From the human T2T-CHM13v2.0 reference genome, Homo sapiens: a stretch of DNA of 64,000 bases. The DNA lies in NCBI RefSeq assembly GCF_009914755.1, contig NC_060927.1; one strand, written 5' to 3'. This document shows positions 52,633 through 62,150 of the stretch, one piece after another. Position 1 is the first letter of the stretch. Each line of letters opens with the position of its first letter. Under the pieces are notes generated by a model that made no database searches, was not told where the DNA came from, and saw only the letters and a program-made list of their open reading frames with translations. The position numbers were made by a program, and so were the translations under genes.

Positions 52633-53234
52633 AGGTATAAATATAAAGCAATGAGACTGATTCCAAATATTGTAAATGAAGTATATGTTTGTCTCTCTCT
52701 GTTGGGAATGCCATTCTACCCTCATCTCGATTAACCAACATCTCCTCTTTCTTCGACCCCCCCAGTTCTAATTACCACTTGCTGTGGAAAGTATATGTGC
52801 CTCCTGAAGCCCACTCTGATCACTTATTTCTTCAACCCCTACAGAGCTTTCACTGACAGAAGAATGAAAGAGGGAAAGAAATTAATGGGAAGCTCTATGA
52901 TGGCCTTTTCCCAACAACAGGGAGTTATTTTCCTTTCTCTCAATTTGCTTCTACTCTTTCCCTTTGAATATGCAGCTGAATTTCCTCTCATTTGCTTTGA
53001 TCACTCCCTTAGGAGCTGTCATGGAATCAATTAGATCTGTAGAATTTTACAACTCAGGGTCACCCATTGTGATTTCTCATTTTACAGATGAGAAAACTGA
53101 GGCCCAGAGAGGTTAATGTTTGAAACAATTACTTCTGCTGGGTCTTATAATACCAATCAGTGTCATTTTCTAAGATAAATTTTCTCAATATCTCAGCTCC
53201 CATAGGAGAGTAGAAATCCTCATGCTGCTTATTT

Positions 53235-53529
53235 TATTTTATTTTTTTGAGACAGAGTCTTGCTCTGTCACCCAGGCTGGAGTACAGTGGTGCGAGCATG
53301 GCTTACTGCAGCCCCTCCTGGGCTCAAGCAATCCGCCCACTTCAGCCTCCTGAATAGCTGGTTCTACAGGCACAAGCCACCAATCTTGGTTAATTTATTA
53401 TTTTTATTTTTGTAGAGATGGGGTCTCTCTGTGTCACCCATTCTGGTCTTGAGTCCTGGGCTCAAGCCATCCTCCCACCTCACCCTTCCAAAGTGCTAGA
53501 ATTATAGGCATAAGCCATTGCACCTGGCC
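53235..53529 (-). mobile_element. AluJ, full dimer, with degenerate 15-bp TSD
   Basis: Two arms with CTCCTGGGCTCAAGC (J-type). Flanks TCATGCTGCTTATTT (53220-53234) and TCATTTTGCTTATTT (53530-53544). Confidence 0.9.
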
Positions 53530-55849
53530 TCATTTTGCTTATTTAAATACCTCCTGGTGGTGACTGTCTCAGTGCTAAGGTGAAGCCCACATCAGAGCTC
53601 CTTTAGTCTTGGGTGTGTCAAGAACTCTGGCTGTGACCAGACCCCCACTCTAAATGGGGTCACATGCTTCACCTGTACATTGACAGAGGGGCCCCATGTG
53701 TGTACTGAGACCCAACTGGAATAATGGATCATGAGACTGTTGTGTTTCAACAATAGCAGAACAGTAAAAAAAAAAAAAAATTTCCTTTCCTCAAGTCATG
53801 TAGGGTCAACTGAGAAAATGCTGTTTTATAACAGCCATGGAAAGGGAGGGAGGTCTAAAAATTTGATCTGAAACATTGTCAGTGACTTCTCCATGGCTGA
53901 AAAAAAAAATAGGCAAGCAGAACGTAACTTTAATAAACACATTTGATAGAACAAAACACAGTGTTCAAGAAGGCAGAAAAAGTGGTTCTTTTACATCTAG
54001 AGAATCAATAAGGAATTAGGCAAAGTCCAGGTGAGGCTCGACAGTGTGAATTTATACTCCATGCAGGCCACAGAGGTGAGACATCTCTTCCGTGTTGGCC
54101 ACATGGTGGGGCCTGGGCACAGGGATGTCCATGTGCTGGGCACAAGGCATGCTGTGAAGGAGCTGTGTGGACTGTGGATGCGCCACTCCAGCGATGTGCT
54201 GCAGCCCCCTCAGGGCTCACTGACTCCTTGGGGAGGTAGGTGCCCCAGGGCCAGTGTGCACAGGTTCTTACCTGTTGCGTGGAGGATGGACTAATATGCT
54301 ATGATATGCTATCTAATTAAGTGAGGGGATTTTCCAGAGCTGGAGTAACTCAGGCAAAGAAGAACAAAAAGCCATCCTAGGTAGAAAGCACAGCATAAGA
54401 ACAGGCCTGGAACTGGGAGACAGAGTTGTGAGTTTGGGGATGTTAGTCTTTGGCATTGCAGAAAGTAGAGTGGAGCAGGGAGAGATGCTGGTGGGTCATG
54501 AATGGTGTGGTTGGAGGTCAAGTGCTCCAACTTGAAAGGTGGAGCGCTGGGTGATATTTGGCCTGGTGCTGAGACTATCCAGGATAGTGAATCATGATGG
54601 CCTGTGTGTCCCGGAACTGCTGCAAGGATACTGGCAGGAGCTGATCTGTTGGTGAGGGACTGGCAGGACTTCAAGTTGGTGAGGGAACTGGCACTCTAGG
54701 AGTCCTGGGAGTCTGGGGTCCAGGAGGACCCTGGATTAACTGCAGTTTAGATGCCTTGGTGGCAGAGGCCCAGACAGAAGGAGTGACCATGAGTGACGTC
54801 ACTTTACAGACCTGGGCATGCAGGGCCAGCTCTCAATGTGCCCATTTCCCCACCTCTCCACACTATGCCTGTTTTTTGGTTTCCTTCACTCAGGTTTAGA
54901 GGACAGCCTTGCTTCTATCCACTTGCCTCCACAGGGGGCTTTACTCCTTGCAAGGAGCAATTGCAGTATATTTTCCATGCACACATAATTGGCTTTTAGC
55001 TCTGTTAATGAAGAATTCTAGTCTATATATTTAAAGTCCACCACTGTAAATAATTAGCATAATATTCAAAGATACTGGTATGATTTGGTTACCTTGATCA
55101 CCACTCCTAAATAGTCAAGGATCTTAATTCATTTTCACTTTAGGAAGTTTAATTTCTTTTCTCTATTTTTTTTAATTCTAGGCAAACAGAATATAAGTTT
55201 AAATTTATTCCTGGAAATATCCTCCGTTCTTGAGACCAGGATCTGGAGAGCTCCCAGCTGTGGGCAGCTTCTTCCTTAACTCCTTTTCTCCAAGCACAAG
55301 GAAGAAAGAATGACCCAGCAACTCTTCTTTGACCCCTGCCCTAGAGAGCTCAGTTAAGGGAACCATGCCTATAAAGACCCCTCCTGACTCCCCTCCAACC
55401 CTCATTGCCTGTTATTGAAATAATCTTCTAGAAGTTCTTAGGTGATTTTCTTTGACCATTCAAAGTATTTCTTACTAGCTTCTCTCATAATCTCTTTTAG
55501 CCATATAAGCATGGGTGAGTTGCATGATGTCTTTTCATCTGTAAATTGGGGATAATAATACCTGGTTCTGAAAGTTGCTGGGAATAGTGAAAGACATCAC
55601 TTAATACATGTGTTGTTCTTCTCTTTTATTCCAATCTACAGGACTGCTATAAATGGGAGCTCACTTTTCTAATGTGAATCATGATTGTCTTTCCCTTAAG
55701 AAAGTTTCATTATTCACTAAAGTAACACCCTCCAGCATTTTCCTCCATCATAGCCTTGCTTGAAATTTGCACACAATAGAGCTTCATTTGCTTCATTAAG
55801 GGTTCTTCTTAGCAGCCTCCACTTTTACCAGTTTTATAGTCTAGGTCTT

Positions 55850-56242
55850 TGCATTAGTCCACTCTTGCATTGCTATAAAGAAACAACTGAGCTGAGTAAT
55901 TTATAAAGAAAAGAGGTTTAACTTGTTCATAGTTCTGCAGGCTGAACATGAAGCATAGTGCCAGCATCTACTTCTGCTGAGGGCCTCAGGAAGCTTCCAC
56001 TCATGGCAGGCCAGGGGAGCCAGCATGTCACATGGTGAGAGATGGAGCAAGAGAGAGAGAAGGGGGAGCTCCCAGATTCTTTTAAACAGTCAAATCTCAC
56101 TCATCACCAAAGGGATGGTGCTAAACCGTTCATGAAGGATCTGCCCCCATAATCAAATCACCTCCCACCAGGCCCCACCTCCAACATTGGGAATCACATT
56201 TCAACATGAGATTCGGAAAGGAAAAACATCCAAACCATATCA
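55850..56242 (-). mobile_element. MST (MSTA-type) MaLR solo LTR, 393 bp, 5-bp TSD GTCTT
   Basis: TGCATTAGTCCACTCTTGCATTGCTATAAAG...TAATTTATAAAGAAAAGAGGTTTA...ACATCCAAACCATATCA; GTCTT at 55845-55849 and 56243-56247. Confidence 0.92.
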
Positions 56243-56806
56243 GTCTTTCAAAGAGATTGATGTTATTGAAAAAAAGTTTATGAGAATCTAAGTTGGTTGA
56301 GAAACCCTGAAAAGCTTTAAATTCATGTGCTTTTCAGAGACATAAAGGAATTTCACCACAATAAAGAAATTAGGTTCAAAGATGGGGATTTCCAAGGTGT
56401 GGATGTCAAGTAATTGGACCCCCAATCCACAGATTGGCTTTTAGAGCAGGTACTGTGGAAGTGAGGAAGAAAGTCCCTGCCATCACATGGGCTGAAAGCT
56501 GCATGTTGTCCCCATGGATGTAATAAGCTAGTCACAGAATGAGCATTATGGGTTAGGCGAGGGACAGCTTTCTTGAATGAAGTGTGTTATATTTTGGGAT
56601 GGGCTGCAAAAAAATCTGAAGTTTTCTTATAAGATCTTTAAAATCAAGTTGCGCTTAGATGTGTTCATTTCTCAAGTCAATCTGCTGGACTGGTGAGCTC
56701 TTAAGGCCCCTTAGCCCCAGGATTCTCCTCTGCTATGCCTATTTTTGTATTCTCACTCTCTATTTTGTGTTTTTGCATGTGTGTGCCTGTGGCCTGCTAT
56801 GTACAG

Positions 56807-57488
56807 TGGGAAGAAGTCAGTGGCTACGATGAAAACCTGAACACCATCCGCACCTACCAGGTGTGCAATGTCTTCGAGCCCAACCAGAACAATTGGCTGC
56901 TCACCACCTTCATCAACCGGCGGGGGGCCCATCGCATCTACACAGAGATGCGCTTCACTGTGAGAGACTGCAGCAGCCTCCCTAATGTCCCAGGATCCTG
57001 CAAGGAGACCTTCAACTTGTATTACTATGAGACTGACTCTGTCATTGCCACCAAGAAGTCAGCCTTCTGGTCTGAGGCCCCCTACCTCAAAGTAGACACC
57101 ATTGCTGCAGATGAGAGCTTCTCCCAGGTGGACTTTGGGGGAAGGCTGATGAAGGTAAACACAGAAGTCAGGAGCTTTGGGCCTCTTACTCGGAATGGTT
57201 TTTACCTCGCTTTTCAGGATTATGGAGCCTGTATGTCTCTTCTTTCTGTCCGTGTCTTCTTCAAAAAGTGTCCCAGCATTGTGCAAAATTTTGCAGTGTT
57301 TCCAGAGACTATGACAGGGGCAGAGAGCACATCTCTGGTGATTGCTCGGGGCACATGCATCCCCAACGCAGAGGAAGTGGACGTGCCCATCAAACTCTAC
57401 TGCAACGGGGATGGGGAATGGATGGTGCCTATTGGGCGATGCACCTGCAAGCCTGGCTATGAGCCTGAGAACAGCGTGGCATGCAAGG
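56807..57488 (+). CDS. EPHB1: EPHB1 coding exon 3 (682 nt): ephrin ligand-binding domain and start of the cysteine-rich region, [23 protein letters not shown]...[14 protein letters not shown]
   Basis: Lies within ORF 56735..57559. Acceptor TACAG| at 56802-56806 and donor AAGG|GTAAGC (GT 57489-57490). Contains Eph motifs [34 protein letters not shown] and [16 protein letters not shown]; the sequence matches recalled human EphB1 rather than its paralogues. Confidence 0.98.
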
Positions 57489-57777
57489 GTAAGCTTTGGA
57501 GCCTCTGCTTCCTGCCCATCTATGGCAGGGCCAGATCTGCAAGGTTTCCCCACCAATAATTCTGGGTCATACAGGAACAGAAAATAGTCTAATGGCTTAT
57601 TATAAAGCTCTGAGGACTCCCATTCCTAGTGCTAGGCCTGATGATTTTCCAATCATGTCCAACCAGGTTGTCCATATTTATTATTCATGGTGAGAGAAAG
57701 AGATGGGGAGAGTTTCAAACAGTGGAAAATAACTTAATAACCAGTCCATAATATTTAGTGTTGAAGTGTTGAATTTA

Positions 57778-57788
57778 TCTCTCTCTCT

Positions 57789-57826
<38 letters not shown>

Positions 57827-57842
57827 TCACACACACACACAC
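57778..57842. repeat. Compound (CT)n(CA)n microsatellite about 290 nt downstream of exon 3
   Basis: Direct reading. Confidence 0.92.
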
Positions 57843-60496
57843 CCCTATATCCTGCATCCAGCCCTAAGCTCTGGGGCTGGAGACTTTGGAATTTGGGTTG
57901 CCATGGACAATTCACTGAAGGGTAATTGAGAAGGGACTGAATTTGGAAAATATTTTAGTTCATTTCAGTCCAGCTCCCACAGCACTCAACTTGGTACTGA
58001 ACCCGTGTAGCTCATTAACTCAAAGCCCTCTGGCTTGGCTGTCTTTCTCTAGGGGCTCATTGCCAGGCCCTGGAAGGAGATGAAACTATTGGAATGGGAG
58101 TGGGACTGTATCATGTGTTGTATTAACTTTTGCTTCTAAATGACACAGAGTAGTGCAAACTTTGCAGTTTGAAAATGTCAGGATACTGTGTGCTCATATT
58201 AGCCATCACTAGCACTAGCCCTAGAAAGCCCATATTCAACATGTGGCAATAAATGTGCTGAACTGGCTGCAGGCTCAGTCTGCTCTGGGAGTGAATAGAA
58301 GGATCTGGAGGCCCCTCAGCTTATGCATTGTCTAAGTGCATGGAAGCTGAACGTGGGGGAATCCAGGGTTGGGGAAGAGAAGACTGCTTTCCCTTATTAA
58401 ATTTTGCTTGGAGCCTTCAAAGGTCCTGATTCTTTTACAAGGAAGCCTTCCTATATGGACCTCAGAAATGACCACCTTAACCTTAATGTACCCCTAGGGT
58501 TACCCTTAGTCCTTTGGGTCTTGGGGGCTGTATCAGCAACTTATTCTCCATTGTGAGCCTCCTGCCAGCTTCCCTCTCTGATGTCACCCCCACCCTGCCT
58601 GAGCACCAGACCAGCCTATGCCAGTTTACTTCCCCACTTACCTTGCTCCCCAGACACCTGCAGCTGAAGTGCCAAGCAGGCTTGTTAGTGCCATCAGCTC
58701 TGCAATCCTTTGGACTCAGCTAATTGCCTGGGCCAGAGCACTCACTCAGCCTTCCTGAGGCCTGCTGAGAACAGGGAGCTGCGCCTTTGTGTCTTTATTG
58801 GATTTCTTGGTCCTGGTACCCATGACGGATTGTGTGGAAACAAAGGAGAGAGAGTGCCAGATCTTAGATCCACTGATGCATCAACGTCAACAGTTTTAAA
58901 ACCATCCCAGCCTGGTCCCACAGTCCTCCTCTTTGTCCCATTGGTTGGGATGGGTCACTATCTTTGCCATTTGGCAGGGTCTAAGTGGGGACCAAGGCAC
59001 CAGGCTGAGTTCTTAAAGGCACAGGTGCAGCAGCTTCCCGGCATGCTTGCAGCAGCGCATGGTGGGTGATTTCTTTGGTTTTCAGAGGGCTGCCACACCA
59101 CACTTGCTGGCTGGGGCACTCTCATTTTTCTCATTATATCCTGAGCAGAATGGCAGGAACCAGAGCAAGCATTGATTGGTTCTGATTTAATTGGGTCTCT
59201 GGGAACAGGCTTTCATTTCTTTGGGCTAATTGGAACTTTTCTTTTTTAGAGGGTTCTGCTGTCCGTGTAGCTTGTCAGTTACCTCCTGTGGCTGTCCTGA
59301 GAGGGCCTGTGAGGACAAATATGTAAATCCAAATTGTTTCTTTCCATTTCTCCTTCCCAGTCTCGATCCCCTCCTGAGTTTTGTTGGACATTTCTAATCT
59401 TGAGCTATTGTGAACATGGCTTGACTTTACAAACTACTTATTGCAAACTCATTGGAGGGTAAAGGAAATGGGGAACCCATGGCACCATCACTTTGCCTCT
59501 TCAGAGGCATGGGAAGCCACATTTTGGTAATATTTCTGAGCGTGGAGAGTGGCATCTTGGGTCTTGTGGCCCAGCATCCTGGCTGAACTCTGTGCCCTGA
59601 AAGGGAAGAGAAGGGCCCCTTGCCCTTGTCTCAAGAACTTTCAGCTGAATCCCCTGAAATCTTTGCCCTTAACTCTGCAGGTAACTGGACTCTGATGGCT
59701 GGCAAGGGGACCTTCGAGCAAAAGTGGTGATCTTGGGAAGACTCTGCACTCTTTGGTGGGGGGTGGGAAGTGCATTTGGAAGTACTTGTTACTGGTCTCC
59801 ATGGTGTGTCTTCAGGGATAGGCTTTCCACTCATTTTTGGTGCTCACGGAGTGCTGCCAGATGGACATGGTGGCCATTCACAATGGTTTTGGTGTAGCCC
59901 ACTTAGCACAATCATCATGAGGGCAGAAGCAGGGAGAATGGTGGATAACAGAGAATTGCAGGTGAGACACAGTGAGCCTTCAACAACGAACTCTCTCCCA
60001 ACACAGCCCTGAGAATTGATGTCCTCTGAGCCTGGCTGGGTCAAATGCTGATGGCTCTATGATTCATAAAGTTGTGCTGATTTGATATATCTTTTCTGCA
60101 TATGTGAAACTGGGACTTTGTAGGGTGGCAGAAAGAATAATCTCTCCGCTTCTGGTTCCATGCTATTTTTCCTGCATGGAAACAGAACAGACTTTCATTA
60201 TGGCCAGGGAACTGTATTTTCTTGGCTTTCACTTTGCTTCTGTGAAACCGTCTCCTGTCAAAGTCGTGGTGACCAGTCGCTTGGCTGTGCAGAGGCACCT
60301 GGAGACCAATTAGACAGCACAGCCAGCAAAGAGTGGTCCTGGCCTAGAGCTGTTTCTGTTGTGAAGAGCGTGGGTGGTGAGAAGAGAACAGGTGAGAGGG
60401 GAGTAGAGGAAGCTATGGGGAGAACTTGCGCATTAGGATGTGTGGCAAGCGGCTCATGCATTTTCTAGAGGGCTCCTTGGCCTAAGGCCTGTTCCT

Positions 60497-60505
60497 GACA
60501 TCCTT

Positions 60506-60547
<42 letters not shown>

Positions 60548-61166
60548 TTTTTTTTTTAATTATACTCTAAGTTTTAGGGTACATGTGCACATTGTGCAGG
60601 TTAGTTACATATGTATACATGTGCCATGCTGGTGCGCTGCACCCACTAACGTGTCATCTAGCATTAGGTATATCTCCCAATGCTATCCCTCCCCCCTCCC
60701 CCAACCCCACCACAGTCCCCAGAGTGTGATATTCCCCTTCCTGTGTCCATGTGATCTCATTGTTCAATTCCCACCTATGAGTGAGAATATGCGGTGTTTG
60801 GTTTTTTGTTCTTGCGATAGTTTACTGAGAATGATGGTTTCCAATTTCATCCATGTCCCTACAAAGGACATGAACTCATCATTTTTTATGGCTGCATAGT
60901 ATTCCATGGTGTATATGTGCCACATTTTCTTAATCCAGTCTATCATTGTTGGACATTTGGTGGGACTGTAAACTAGTTCAACCATTGTGGAAGTCAGTGT
61001 GGCGATTCCTCAGGGATCTAGAACTAGAAATACCATTTGACCCAGCCATCCCATTACTGGGTATATACCCAAAGGACTATAAATCATGCTGCTATAAAGA
61101 CACATGCACACGTATGTTTATTGCGGCACTATTCACAATAGCAAAGACTTGGGACATCCTTTCTTT
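60497..61166 (-). mobile_element. L1HS pre-Ta insertion, 5'-truncated and 5'-inverted, with poly(A) tail and 14-bp TSD GACATCCTTTCTTT
   Basis: Poly-T 60508-60557; antisense 3' UTR and ORF2 end to 60960; sense ORF2 piece 60961-61152; TSD at 60497-60510 and 61153-61166. Diagnostic ACG (CGT at 60650-60652) and 3' G (C at 60567). Confidence 0.95.
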
Positions 61167-61639
61167 ACACACAGGCTGGTCCCATCAGGCAGAGTCACAT
61201 TGGCCTGCTGACCTCATCTCACTAGTGACTCTGACCTCATCATGCATTTGTCTTTATAAAATTGTTAATTACTAGGAAAATGCCCCATCTACCCCAATTT
61301 CAAGTTATGCTCATAGTGTAGAGGATTAATGAGAAATCATAGCTTTGTCTTCCCTTCTCCCCTCTTCCCTGCTGAGGTTGGTGGCTAAGTCTATTCTCTG
61401 TGTAGGTCCCATGCAGCCTGGCTCTTCCTGTGCCAGGGAGGCCGAGTTGGCTCTCAGCAGACTCTCTCTCTCTCTCTACTGTGTAGCCTAAAATATTGCT
61501 TTAGCTGAAGTTGGACTGCAGGGAGGAAGGGGAGGAGGCTGGGGCTGTTAGAAGGAACCTGGCAGGGGCAGGCTCCTTATCTATGTGCTAGAAGCTCGAG
61601 GGCTGCAGTATCCCATAAGGGTGACCATGGGGGTGTCTC

Positions 61640-62150
61640 AGAAATAGGCAGAGAAGATATGACTGTCATATCTTCTGTGACAACCCCTGAGTGGCCAGAT
61701 CCTAGCTGGAGCACTATGCATATGTGGATCTGTTCTTCCCCTGAGTGCTGCCTGAGGGCTTGGCTTTCCCTCCCAGGACATAGTCCTTGGAGTTTCCAGA
61801 AGAAGCTGCTTCATTAGGCTGCCTCTTTAGCTACACTGGGGACTCAGAAAATGACAATGCTATGCATAATTCTCCCTGCCATCCTCTCTTGCCTCTGCCC
61901 CTGCCCCAGGATGACCTTAGCTTGCTATTACAGAGGGCACGTGCCAACTTATGGTGCCTAGGCCTTCATTGTCTGGGGCTGTCATGCACAGGAGGTGCAG
62001 GTGGATGAAAGAGGAAGGGGGTATGCTTGGGTGCAAGAGACCTAACCTAAAGATAGGGGCTGGTTTTAGTCTTGGCTCTGCTGCAAACTTGCTACGTGGT
62101 TTTAGGTAAGTCCCTTTTCATTGACAGTCATATCTTCTCTGCCTACTTCT
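61640..62150. repeat. 29-bp inverted repeat pair (61640-61668 / 62122-62150) plus a 25-bp palindrome (61652-61676)
   Basis: AGAAATAGGCAGAGAAGATATGACTGTCA versus the reverse complement of TGACAGTCATATCTTCTCTGCCTACTTCT: 28/29 identical. Confidence 0.9.

Larger units (their letters stand above)
31334..56806 (+). other. EPHB1: EPHB1 intron 2 (25,473 nt, GT-AG, phase 0)
   Basis: Lies between the two identified exons; the reading frame joins SG|WEE with no gap. Confidence 0.93.

Noticed and set aside
56735-56806. N-terminal extension [24 protein letters not shown] of the 274-aa ORF, which looks like a signal peptide
   Set aside because: It is the T-rich acceptor region of intron 2 read in frame; hydrophobicity follows from T-richness. 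The true upstream sequence is exon 2. No promoter evidence.
57059-57556. 165-aa ORF antisense to exon 3
   Set aside because: Shadow ORF of the real coding exon.
60585-61275. ORFs 60585..60899, 60764..60985 and 60946..61275
   Set aside because: Fragments or antisense frames of the truncated L1 ORF2/3' UTR, not host genes.
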